From an uncultured Elusimicrobia bacterium (GTDB taxonomy: Bacteria; Elusimicrobiota; Elusimicrobia; UBA1565; UBA9628): 64,000 bases of DNA. Below the pieces are notes generated by a model, which ran no database searches, was not told where the DNA came from, and was given only the letters and a program-made list of their open reading frames with translations. The position numbers and the translations under genes are program-made. Positions 36,590 through 45,297 of this stretch are shown one piece after another. The stretch is from NCBI GenBank assembly GCA_964510095.1, contig CAZEAE010000015.1, positions 33-64,032 on the forward strand, read 5' to 3'. Position 1 is the stretch's first letter. Each line of letters begins with the position of its first letter.

Positions 36590-36620
36590 AAAAAAGAAGC
36601 CCGTCGCGTGAGCGACGAGC
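36590..36620 (-). terminator. Intrinsic terminator of the Rieske/cytochrome b operon
   Basis: On the minus strand: gctcgtcgc-tcac-gcgacgggc followed by ttctttttt, 22 nt after the stop at 36643. Confidence 0.8.
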
Positions 36621-36642
36621 TGCCTTTTCAGCTTGCGCGGGA

Positions 36643-37254
36643 CTAGAGGTCTTTAGCGGCGGCCAGCTCCTTGTATCGCTCGGGGAACTTGCCCTTGAAC
36701 TCCTCGATGAGCTTGGTCCGGTGCGCCTTCCACTTATCGGCGTTGGCGCCGATCTTGCGGTGCTCGCCGTCATAGACCAGGAACTCCCAGATCTTCTTGC
36801 CCTCGGGGCCGGCGATGTTGCAGCCCGGCTTGGCCATCATCCGCTTGACGTAGCGGTTCCAGACCGCGCCTTCGATCTGCCAGATCGCCGGGTCCTTGAA
36901 GAGCTCCGGGTTGGATTTCTTCAAGGCCGCCACGGCGGCATCCTTGCCGGACAGCTCGACGAAGCGGCTGTTGAGCGGGCGGGCGCCGCTATGGCAGGCC
37001 TGGCAGCGCTTCTCCTTCGCCGTGCCCATCATGGCCTTATAGCCCTCTTGCGCGTTCTTGGGATAGCTCTTGAGGGTCTCCTCATCGAGCGTTTCGGGGC
37101 CCAGGTCGTTGGGATAAGGATTGGCCATGGCCTTCTCCTTCTCCAACTCGGCGGCGGATTTCTTAGGGGCGTCGCCGGCGCGGGCCGGCAGCACGGCGGA
37201 CGTCAAAAAGGCGATGCCCAGAAGGGCGGCGGCGAGAGCGAGGGGGCGTTTCAT
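36643..37254 (-). CDS. Secreted monoheme c-type cytochrome
   Basis: Signal peptide, CQACH, and WNRYVKRMMAKPG (likely distal Met). Confidence 0.75.
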   Translation of the reverse strand: MKRPLALAAALLGIAFLTSAVLPARAGDAPKKSAAELEKEKAMANPYPNDLGPETLDEETLKSYPKNAQEGYKAMMGTAKEKRCQACHSGARPLNSRFVELSGKDAAVAALKKSNPELFKDPAIWQIEGAVWNRYVKRMMAKPGCNIAGPEGKKIWEFLVYDGEHRKIGANADKWKAHRTKLIEEFKGKFPERYKELAAAKDL

Positions 37255-37264
37255 GTGATTTCTC

Positions 37265-38602
37265 CTAGAAGCCACTGGTGTCTTTCTTGGCGATGCTGAG
37301 CAGCCAGGAGGCCAAGTCCTCCATATCCTTATCACTGATCTTATCTTTCCAAGGCGGCATGTACAAGGGCGGCACGGGGCCGTCCGGGTTGAACTTGTTG
37401 ACGGCCGAGCTGGGCACGCCGATGGCGATCTTGGCCATCAGCTCCTCCTTCGTGTAGGTGCCCACGACGTCGACGAGGGTGGGCTCTCGGCCCTTGTCCA
37501 TGTCCTTGTCCGGGTCCTGCTGGCCGGGCCCCATGGCGTTATAGTTGCGGCGGCCCTGGGCGCCGTTGAGGCCGTGGCAGCCGGCGCAGCCGTATTTCTC
37601 GAAGATGTGCTTGCCGCGGGACAGGCTGTCGGCGAACTTAGGCTCCGGCGGAGGCGAGGCGTGGACGTAGAAGTTGTTGGGCACGTGCTCGTCGGTCATG
37701 GACATCAGGTAGGCCGTGATCGCCTCGGCGCCTTCCTTGCCCAGCTCTTCGCGGAAGTCCGGCATGCCCGAGGGCGCGATAGGCTCGGTGTTGAACTTCT
37801 TGTGCGGGTCGTTGGGCGTGACCTCGATCGGGTCGTTGGTCAGATGGCCGCGGATCCAGTTCTGGATGTTCCAATCCTCGTGATGCAGGGGTTTGCCGTC
37901 GCGCATCACGCGGGAGAAGTTGAAGCCGGCGATGCGCTCCAGCGGCTTGTCGGCGATGTTGCCCAGGTCGACGCTGATGATGCCGCCCACGCCGCGGATG
38001 GCATGGCAGCCTTGGCAGCCGTGCTGCTGGAAGAGCTTCGCCCCCTTGGCCGCGAACTCCGCGCCCTTGAGCGTGGCGAAGCCGGCGTGGCAGCGGATGC
38101 AGGAGCCCTGCACGAGCTTGCCCTCGAGGATCGGCCGCTCCCAGTTATGGATGCGGCCGTGGCCGTCCTTCGTGGTCAGCGCCAGGCCTTGGCCTTCGTG
38201 GCAGACGGTGCAGCCGAACTTGGTGAAAGGATGGTTCTTGACCAGAAGGTCGAGCTTCGGGTGGGACTTGTACGGGTTCTCCTTGAAGTCGTTGACCATG
38301 GTCGGGTTGGCGTACTCGTCCATGCCCACGTGGCAGGTGATGCAGCGGTCGGCGCGGTCCAAGCCCTTGGGCAGGATCTGCTTGATCTCCATGCCCGCCC
38401 GGCCCAGGCTGACGGCCTGCTCCGTGAGGATCTTCGCTTTCGCCGGATCCTTCTCGGCAGCGCCGGCCTTCGCGGCCGCCTCGGAGGCCATCTTGAAGTA
38501 AGTCCGCTGATACCCCTTCCACTCCGGCGTGAAGTCCAAGTAGTAGGCGTAGACGAAGGCCGCCAGCAGCGCGAAGTTCAAGCCATAGAACCATTTCCGC
38601 AT
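37265..38602 (-). CDS. Membrane-anchored pentaheme c-type cytochrome (cytochrome c subunit of the Rieske/b complex)
   Basis: N-terminal TM; CITCH, CTVCH, CIRCH, CQGCH and CAGCH. Confidence 0.9.
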   Translation of the reverse strand: MRKWFYGLNFALLAAFVYAYYLDFTPEWKGYQRTYFKMASEAAAKAGAAEKDPAKAKILTEQAVSLGRAGMEIKQILPKGLDRADRCITCHVGMDEYANPTMVNDFKENPYKSHPKLDLLVKNHPFTKFGCTVCHEGQGLALTTKDGHGRIHNWERPILEGKLVQGSCIRCHAGFATLKGAEFAAKGAKLFQQHGCQGCHAIRGVGGIISVDLGNIADKPLERIAGFNFSRVMRDGKPLHHEDWNIQNWIRGHLTNDPIEVTPNDPHKKFNTEPIAPSGMPDFREELGKEGAEAITAYLMSMTDEHVPNNFYVHASPPPEPKFADSLSRGKHIFEKYGCAGCHGLNGAQGRRNYNAMGPGQQDPDKDMDKGREPTLVDVVGTYTKEELMAKIAIGVPSSAVNKFNPDGPVPPLYMPPWKDKISDKDMEDLASWLLSIAKKDTSGF

Positions 38603-38615
38603 AGTCAGCTCATCC

Positions 38616-40271
38616 CTAGATGTTCATGCTGAACGCCGGCCACGTCAGGATATACTTGATGTCGAAGGCCAGATGCGCGCCCATCTTGAGCAGCACGCCC
38701 ATGGTCGAGACCACCAGGAACATCGTCACCAGGTAGCGGATCCAATCCACGTTGCGGATGTGCCGCTGAGGCAGCAGCAGCCCGAAGTAGAAGTACATCC
38801 AGCCGAAGAAGAGCAGCCACAGGCCTTGGCTGAACGGCAGCTTCCAGCCGAAGTGCCCCACGAGGACCGTCACGGCGACCACGCCGAAGAAAGCCAGGTG
38901 GGCCTTCAGGCTGTCGATCTCGGTTTGAATGAGCTTCGGCAGCAGCATCGAAGCGGCGAACCAGCCTCCGACCACGGGGATGCCGAGCAGCAAGGGCAGC
39001 TTGGCGACCTCCGGAGGGCCGAAGACGCTCCAGGTCGGCGGCGGAGCGGGCTTGGGCAGCAGCCAGGATTCCCACGGCCAATACCAGAAGTAGTTCGGCC
39101 CGCGGCAGAAGTAGCCGATGAAGATCAGGACGAACCACATCGTCACGCCGAGCATGAACATGGCGTTGGCGAAAGGCCGCTGCTTCCAGTCGTAGACGCC
39201 CACGCCCTTGGGGCTGGGGTCGATATAGGGGATGGCCATGAGCCCCACGATGATCAGGTTGGGGATGGCGACTCCGGCCAGCCACGGGTCGAAATAGACT
39301 AGAAGTTCTTGCAGTCCAACGAAATACCAGGGCGCCTTGGACGGGTTGGTCGTGACGTTGGGGTTGGCGATGGCCTCCAGCGGAGCGTTCATCACGATGC
39401 TCCAAACCATGATGAAGAGCAGGCAGGCGGCGGCCGCGATGTACTCGCGCTTGACGAGGTGCGGCCAGACCTCGATCTTCTCCTCGTCGGCGGCGTAGGG
39501 GGCGGCCGAGAAGGAGTCCTTGCGGATGCGCCAGAAGTGCAGGATGAGCAGGATGCCCACGATCAGCGGCACGGCCACGCAGTGCATGACGTAGAAGCGC
39601 AGCAGCGTGTTCTCGCCGACCATCGTGCCGCCCAAGAGCATGAAGCGCACGTCGTTGTTGATGCGCATGCCCATCATGGCCCCGAAGGGGCCCTCGTTGC
39701 CGAGACCGGGAGTGGCGCCGGCCATGTTCGTGCCGACGGTGACGGCCCAGATGGCCAGCTGGTCCCAAGGCAGCAGGTAGCCGGTGAAGGAAAGGAACAG
39801 CGTCAAGGCCAGGAGCAGGACGCCGACGCCCCAGTTGAACTCTCGAGGCTTCTTATAGGAGCCCGTCAGGAAGACGCGCACCATATGGGCGATGACGGCG
39901 ACGACCATGGCCTGCGCCGCCCAGCGGTGCATGTTGCGCATCAGCTTGCCGAGCGTGATGGCGAACTCCAGGTCCTTCATGTCGCGGTACGCCAGCGCGA
40001 TGGTCGGCCGGTAATAGAACATCAGCAGCACGCCGGTGACGGTGAGGATGAGGAACAGGGCGAAAGAGATGCCGCCCAGGCCCCAGGTGAACGTCCACTC
40101 GGCCGCCCGCTTGCGGATGCGCACCGGGTGCAGGTGCAGCCAGACGTTGCCGATGATGTGGGCGGCGCGGTCGCGCGGGGTGTCCTTCCAGACGCCGCCC
40201 CGGAAGACGGAGCGCCAGAGCTGAGAGTCGATGACCTGCTTCTTGAGCGATTCGAGGTCGAGCTCGGGCAT
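38616..40271 (-). CDS. petB: Cytochrome b (b6-like N-terminus fused to subunit IV and extra TMs)
   Basis: RNMHRWAA...AHMVRVF, GYLLPWDQ, MHCVAVPLIVGILLILH and PSKAPWYF motifs. Confidence 0.93.
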   Translation of the reverse strand: MPELDLESLKKQVIDSQLWRSVFRGGVWKDTPRDRAAHIIGNVWLHLHPVRIRKRAAEWTFTWGLGGISFALFLILTVTGVLLMFYYRPTIALAYRDMKDLEFAITLGKLMRNMHRWAAQAMVVAVIAHMVRVFLTGSYKKPREFNWGVGVLLLALTLFLSFTGYLLPWDQLAIWAVTVGTNMAGATPGLGNEGPFGAMMGMRINNDVRFMLLGGTMVGENTLLRFYVMHCVAVPLIVGILLILHFWRIRKDSFSAAPYAADEEKIEVWPHLVKREYIAAAACLLFIMVWSIVMNAPLEAIANPNVTTNPSKAPWYFVGLQELLVYFDPWLAGVAIPNLIIVGLMAIPYIDPSPKGVGVYDWKQRPFANAMFMLGVTMWFVLIFIGYFCRGPNYFWYWPWESWLLPKPAPPPTWSVFGPPEVAKLPLLLGIPVVGGWFAASMLLPKLIQTEIDSLKAHLAFFGVVAVTVLVGHFGWKLPFSQGLWLLFFGWMYFYFGLLLPQRHIRNVDWIRYLVTMFLVVSTMGVLLKMGAHLAFDIKYILTWPAFSMNI

Positions 40272-40277
40272 AGGGGT

Positions 40278-40877
40278 TTAGGCCATCTCCAGGAAGAACG
40301 GGCTGGCGTCGCGCTTGCCCGGCTTGTTCTCCAGGATCGCCTTGTCGACGATGAGGTCGCCGGTGGCCGCCAATTCCACCTTGGCGCGCCAGAGCGGCAT
40401 GGGCGCGGGGCCGGCGATGACGTCGCCGCCGGGGTTGAAATTCGACCCGTGGCAAGGGCACTTGAAGCGGTTCTGGTCGTCGAACCAGTTCGGCGTGCAG
40501 CCCAGATGCGTGCAGCGCGCCCAAAGCGCGTAGAGTCCGGTCTCGTTGCGGATGATCCAGACGCGCTGCTCGTTGAGCCATTTGGTCGACACGCCTTGAT
40601 CGTAGCCCTTGGCCGGGCCGGCGTTGAACTTCTGGGAGGGCTCGTAGATCACGTTGGGGAAGAAGAACCGGGCGGACGCCGCGGAGAACGCGCCGAAGAA
40701 GCCGGCCAGCGTGGCCCAGCCCAGCCAGAGGAAGTCGCCGCGCGAGACATCCCCGGGCTTGGCGGCGGGCTTGACGGCCGCGGCCGCGGGCTTAGCGGCC
40801 GGCGGCGGAGCCTTGAGCGCGGCCTCTTTGTCGGCTTGCGCCTGCTCCTTGGCTTTGCTGTTCTCGGGTTCTGTCAT
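40278..40877 (-). CDS. Rieske [2Fe-2S] subunit
   Basis: CTHLGC and CPCHGS boxes; SRGDFL Tat-like motif followed by a TM helix. Confidence 0.95.
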   Translation of the reverse strand: MTEPENSKAKEQAQADKEAALKAPPPAAKPAAAAVKPAAKPGDVSRGDFLWLGWATLAGFFGAFSAASARFFFPNVIYEPSQKFNAGPAKGYDQGVSTKWLNEQRVWIIRNETGLYALWARCTHLGCTPNWFDDQNRFKCPCHGSNFNPGGDVIAGPAPMPLWRAKVELAATGDLIVDKAILENKPGKRDASPFFLEMA

Positions 40878-40933
40878 AAAGCGGTCATCACCTTATCAAA
40901 GGATGGCAATACCTGTCAAATCTTACGACGAGC

Positions 40934-41449
40934 CTATGGCGCGGTCACCAGGATCGCGCCGCAGCCGATGCGTCCGCCGGCGTTGCCGGCGGGCTGCCCG
41001 AAGTCGTCCGCTTTCTCATGGACGACGACGGCCCGTCCGCCTACGGAGAGCTTGTCGCCGCTGAGGCTGAGCTTGGGCAGCACGACCTCGAGCTTGGCCT
41101 TGCCGTCGATGCCGACCAGGATGTTGCCGAGGTCTCCCGCATGCGCGCCCTTGATGCCGTCCTTCAGGGCATGGCCGTGCTTGACAGCCTTAGGGTTATA
41201 ATGACCACCGGCGGCCTTGCCGAGGTCTTCACAGGCGCCGAACTCGTGGATATGGAAGCCGTGCTCGCCCTCAGGCAGGCCCGAGAGGTCCGCGGAGACC
41301 TTCAGCCCCTCCTTGGTGTCCTCGAAAAGGACGATGCCCGCCACCTTGGAACCCTCGGCGGTGCCCTTGAGCTTCGCCGCGCCCTTTTCTGCCGAGGCCC
41401 CCGTCGCCGCCGCCAGCAGCGCCGCGGTCAATATCGCTTTGAGCTTCAT
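40934..41449 (-). CDS. sodC: Periplasmic Cu/Zn superoxide dismutase
   Basis: AGGAG SD, signal peptide, HGFHIHE, GGHYNP, HAGDLGN and GNAGGRIGCG. Confidence 0.95.
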   Translation of the reverse strand: MKLKAILTAALLAAATGASAEKGAAKLKGTAEGSKVAGIVLFEDTKEGLKVSADLSGLPEGEHGFHIHEFGACEDLGKAAGGHYNPKAVKHGHALKDGIKGAHAGDLGNILVGIDGKAKLEVVLPKLSLSGDKLSVGGRAVVVHEKADDFGQPAGNAGGRIGCGAILVTAP

Positions 41450-41460
41450 ATGGGTCTCCT

Positions 41461-42399
41461 TTACTCGAACCGTCGCATGTCCTTGCCGCGGGAACCTTCC
41501 GCCGCGGCCTCGCTGAGCCACCGGGCGATATTGTCGTGCGGCATGATGGTCTTGGCGTCCCAATCATACTTCAAGCCTTCGAGCGCCGCCACGATCTTCT
41601 GCTCGATGCCGCCCTGCGCGATGAGATAGGGGATGACCAGGACGCGCCCGCCCTTGCGGCCGGCTTCCTCCACGATGGCGCGCAGGCGGCCGACGGCAAG
41701 GCCGCGCACGGGCTCCGGCGCATCGTCGCGCAGCGTGGCGGAGCGCACCGAAGAGAACCCCCCGTCCTTGCGGATGGTCCGGGCCAGCCGGGCCATCGTG
41801 GCGCGCCAGACGACGTCGGCCGCGTCGTCGACCGGGCCATGCCCGATGAGGACGACGGTCTCGGCCGCGGGCTCCCGGCTCAGGCCGCGCGCGCGGTCGA
41901 GCAGGACCCGCGCGACCAAGGGATGGGCGTCCAAGGCGGACGTCAGCGTCAGCGGCACGGCCAGCTTGACGCGCCGCGTGGAGAACATGGCGTGGGGCCC
42001 GGCCGGATGGCCGCCGTGGCCGCCATGGCCGCCGTGGGCCGACGCCATGAGCGCCGCCATCTTGCGCATGACCTCGGAAGGCTCCTTTTTGAGGCCCAGC
42101 ACGTAACGGGTCTGCTCGAGGACCTCGGAGGACGAATTGACGAAGAGCGGCACGGCGACGATCTTGACGCTGCCCCGGGCTTCGAGAGAGGAGATCGCCC
42201 GCTGGAGTTCGGCCGGGTCGGCCATCCCGAAGGCGACCTCGGTCGGCACCCGGGAGTCCAGGCCGTCGCGCAGGCTGTCGACCTGCGCGTTCCAGCGCGG
42301 GTCGCCGCCATGAGCCATCAACAGCACGCCGTAAGGCGCGGCGGGAGCGGCTCCCGCCAGGGAGCACGATAGAGCGAGCGCGCCGGCCAGGAGGCTCAA
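41461..42399 (-). CDS. CbiX/SirB-family chelatase-like protein with signal peptide and His-rich loop
   Basis: LLMAHGG, VAVPLFV, HGGHGGHGGH, LIGHGP and VIPYLIAQGG; hydrophobic N-terminus. Confidence 0.8.
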   Translation of the reverse strand: MSLLAGALALSCSLAGAAPAAPYGVLLMAHGGDPRWNAQVDSLRDGLDSRVPTEVAFGMADPAELQRAISSLEARGSVKIVAVPLFVNSSSEVLEQTRYVLGLKKEPSEVMRKMAALMASAHGGHGGHGGHPAGPHAMFSTRRVKLAVPLTLTSALDAHPLVARVLLDRARGLSREPAAETVVLIGHGPVDDAADVVWRATMARLARTIRKDGGFSSVRSATLRDDAPEPVRGLAVGRLRAIVEEAGRKGGRVLVIPYLIAQGGIEQKIVAALEGLKYDWDAKTIMPHDNIARWLSEAAAEGSRGKDMRRFE

Positions 42400-43430
42400 G
42401 CTCGCGCGTCCGAGTGCTTCAGGCTGATCTCGCGGCCGGAGGCGATCGACGCCGCCCAGCCGGAGAACTCGCCGGCTTTCTGGGCGGCCAAGACGCGGGC
42501 CCGTTCGACCTCCCCCCCGCGGTGCTTCAGGTTATCGGCGACGATCGCCTCTAGGTCGCCCAAGCGGTAGACGTAGACGTGCTCGAGGCCGTGCACGGAC
42601 TCCTCGACGTCGCGCGGCATGGCGATGTCGATGATGAACAAGGACCGCCCGCCGCGCCGGCGCACGGCGGCCTGGACCATGTCCCGCGTCAGCACCGGCA
42701 GGTCCGAGCCGGTGGAGGAGATGACGACGTCGGCGGTGCCGAGGTGGGCCGGGAAGGCGTCCCAGGCCAAGGACCGTCCCTTGAAGCGCGCGGCAAGCGC
42801 CTCGGCGCGCGCCCCAGTGCGGTTGGCGATGCTGAGCCCGGCGACCTTCTTGCTGAGCAGATGGCGGGCCGTGATCTCGGCCATGTTGCCGGCGCCCAGT
42901 ATCAAGACCTCGCAGGCCTTGAGGTCGCCGAAGATGCTCTCGGCCAGCTGCACGGCGACGGAGGCCACCGAGGTCTGCCCGACGGCGATGCCGGTGTCGT
43001 TGCGGACCTTTTTGCCGATGTAGAGCGCCCGCTGGAACAAGACGTTCGACCGCTTGCCGGTCATGCCGGCGGCGGCCGCCGCCTCGTAGGCATTCTTGAC
43101 CTGGCCGAGGATCTCGGTCTCGCCGATGACGAGGGAGTCCAGGCCGGCGGAGACCTCGAAGAGGTGGAGGACGGCGGCGGCGCCCGATAAGACGACGCCA
43201 TGTCGCCCGACGTCGGTCCGGGCCAAGCGGTCGATGACTTCCGGCAGCGCCGCGGCGGCGCCGCCGCAGACGTAGACCTCGAAGCGGTTGCAGGTGGAGA
43301 GCACGACGGCTTCGAGGAACCCCTCCTTGCGCAGGCCCTCGAGCACGGGGGCGGCGCCGATGACGGCCAAAGCCTCGCGCACGGCCAGCGGGGCGCTCTT
43401 GCAGCCGAAGGCGATGCAGGTCAGGCCCAT
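42396..43430 (-). CDS. hemA: Glutamyl-tRNA reductase (short C-terminus)
   Basis: LSTCNRFEVY, LDSLVIGETEILGQVK, LILGAGNMA and IDIAMPRDVE. The start could alternatively be 43442. Confidence 0.93.
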   Translation of the reverse strand: MGLTCIAFGCKSAPLAVREALAVIGAAPVLEGLRKEGFLEAVVLSTCNRFEVYVCGGAAAALPEVIDRLARTDVGRHGVVLSGAAAVLHLFEVSAGLDSLVIGETEILGQVKNAYEAAAAAGMTGKRSNVLFQRALYIGKKVRNDTGIAVGQTSVASVAVQLAESIFGDLKACEVLILGAGNMAEITARHLLSKKVAGLSIANRTGARAEALAARFKGRSLAWDAFPAHLGTADVVISSTGSDLPVLTRDMVQAAVRRRGGRSLFIIDIAMPRDVEESVHGLEHVYVYRLGDLEAIVADNLKHRGGEVERARVLAAQKAGEFSGWAASIASGREISLKHSDARA

Positions 43431-43434
43431 CGCT

Positions 43435-44280
43435 TCATCCATTGGAAAGGTAGCCGTGCAGCCCGCTCAGGAAATTGACGGCGACGAAGGTGAAGACGAC
43501 CGAAGCGAAGCCGACCATCGACAGGTAGACGGCTTTGCGCCCGCGCAGGCCGCGGAAGTGGCGCAGGCTGAGATAGGCCCCATAGATGGCGGCGGTGACC
43601 AAGGACCAGATGACCTTGGGATCAGCGCCCCAGGCGGACTCCCAGGCCCGGCTGGCCCAGACGCCCCCCATCAGGATGCCGATGAGGAGCACGGGGAAGG
43701 CCACGGCGATGAGCCGGTACTCCAGGGTGTCGAGCTCCTCCAAGGAAGGCAGCCGATAGCAGAGCGCCGAGGGCTTCCGCGATTTGACCTGGTACTCCTG
43801 CAGGAGCAGCGCCAGGCCGACGCCGAAGGCGTTGCCCAAGGCGGCGTAGGCGGTCATGAGGAGCATGGGATGCAGGTTCATCCAATAGCTTCGCAGATCC
43901 GGCGCGAGGACGCTGACGGACGCATCGGCGGAGAAGACCGCCAGCCCCGTGCCGATGACGGTCGGGGGCAGCACGAAGGCCCCAAGGATCCCGAGATGGT
44001 GCTCCCGTTCCACATAGAAGAAGAAGAAGGCGGCGGCCAGCGAGAGATAAGACAGGGCTCCGAAGAAGCTGTTGATGGGCAGGAAGAAGCGGTTCTCGGG
44101 CATCGCCCAGAAAGCGGTCAGGCGCAGGGCGAAGCCGATCAGGTGGAGGCAAAGGCCGGCGGAGAGCAGGCGCAGCATCCAGAGGCTCCAGGCCTCGTCC
44201 TTGGAGGACAGGTAGACGAAGGCCAGGGCGGTGGCGGCGGCGTAGAAAGCGAGCGCGGCCTTGAGGGAAAGCAGCTCCAT
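43435..44280 (-). CDS. ccsA: Cytochrome c biogenesis CcsA / HemX-like membrane protein
   Basis: About 8 TMs, MNLHP, LPSLEELD, WASRAW..AWGADPK (WWD variant) and a terminal LHGY. Confidence 0.85.
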   Translation of the reverse strand: MELLSLKAALAFYAAATALAFVYLSSKDEAWSLWMLRLLSAGLCLHLIGFALRLTAFWAMPENRFFLPINSFFGALSYLSLAAAFFFFYVEREHHLGILGAFVLPPTVIGTGLAVFSADASVSVLAPDLRSYWMNLHPMLLMTAYAALGNAFGVGLALLLQEYQVKSRKPSALCYRLPSLEELDTLEYRLIAVAFPVLLIGILMGGVWASRAWESAWGADPKVIWSLVTAAIYGAYLSLRHFRGLRGRKAVYLSMVGFASVVFTFVAVNFLSGLHGYLSNG

Positions 44281-44306
44281 GCGAGCGCTATTCTAGCTTT
44301 TTTTGC

Positions 44307-45212
44307 TTAGCGGCTGTAGTGCCACTGGCCGAAGTCGTCTTTCCAGGCCACGCGGCCGTCGGCTTCGATCATGAACTCGCGCACGCTGGTGCCCAGGCGG
44401 TCGCCGTTCTTGTAAAGCTCGCGGGAATCGCTGAGCCAGAAGACGTCTCCGGTGTAGCGGGCGACCTCGAAGCGCGTGACGCCGCGACCGAGGCGGTCGC
44501 CGTCGCGGTAGATCTCGCGTGAGTCGTTGGTCCAGACGACGCTGCCGGTGTAGGAGTTGACGGCGAAGTCGCGGGCGGAAGAGCCCAGGCGGTCGTCGTT
44601 CTTGTAGATGGTGCGGCTGCTGTCGATCCAGGCCACGTCGTCGGTGTAGAGGCCGAGGGCGTAACGGGACGCGGAGGATCCCAAGCGCCGGTCGTCTTTG
44701 TACATGGTGCCGGAGCTGTCGATCCAAGCCACGGAGCCGGTCCAGCCGTTGACGTCGAACTGCCGGGCGGAAGAGCCGAGGCGGGTCTGGTCCTTATAAA
44801 GCGTGCGATAGGAGTCTTCCCAGATGACATTGCCCGAGTTCCAGGCCATCTCGTAGCGAGACACGGAGGAGCCGAGGCGCGTCTGGTCCTTGTAGATCTC
44901 GCGGTAGTCGTTGGTCCAAGACACGCTGCCGTCGCAGGAGGTCTTGAAATCCTTGGCCGAGGTGCCCATCTGAGCGCCGTTCTTGAAGATGGCGCGCCAA
45001 GAGTCGAGGTAGACGAGCGGGCGGTTGCAGCGGTACTCGGGGTTGGGGACGGTCTCGGAAGGGTCCCTTTGGGGCGGCGCGTAAGCGGGCCGCGGCGCGG
45101 GCGTGAACTTGAGGGCCTTGATGTCGACGGATTCGAGGGTCAAGGCGGGGAGAGCGGCGGCGGAAAGGAAGGCGGGCGAGAGCATGACGAGGCCGAGGAG
45201 TAGGTTTTTCAT
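44307..45212 (-). CDS. Secreted protein with seven 31-32-aa repeats (probable beta-propeller)
   Basis: Signal peptide; repeat consensus YKxxxRLGSSxxxFxxxxxTGxVxWxxxSRxI. Confidence 0.8.
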   Translation of the reverse strand: MKNLLLGLVMLSPAFLSAAALPALTLESVDIKALKFTPAPRPAYAPPQRDPSETVPNPEYRCNRPLVYLDSWRAIFKNGAQMGTSAKDFKTSCDGSVSWTNDYREIYKDQTRLGSSVSRYEMAWNSGNVIWEDSYRTLYKDQTRLGSSARQFDVNGWTGSVAWIDSSGTMYKDDRRLGSSASRYALGLYTDDVAWIDSSRTIYKNDDRLGSSARDFAVNSYTGSVVWTNDSREIYRDGDRLGRGVTRFEVARYTGDVFWLSDSRELYKNGDRLGTSVREFMIEADGRVAWKDDFGQWHYSR

Positions 45213-45251
45213 TTGTGCCCCTATTTTACAGCGAAGTGCCCAGCAAGAACA

Positions 45252-45290
45252 GGGTCCTAGGACCTAGGGGCGGCTAGGCCCTTTGGCCCA
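45252..45290. promoter_or_regulatory. GG(N)CC-pair motif cluster C
   Basis: Perfect palindrome ggtcctaggacc (45253-45264) plus taggccctttggccca. Confidence 0.5.
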
Positions 45291-45297
45291 CGGCAAT

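Noticed and set aside
42330-42398. TGA readthrough or frameshift restoring a full-length HemA
   Set aside because: Translation past the TGA gives no HemA-like sequence and stops after about 25 codons; the region encodes the start of the CbiX-like gene.
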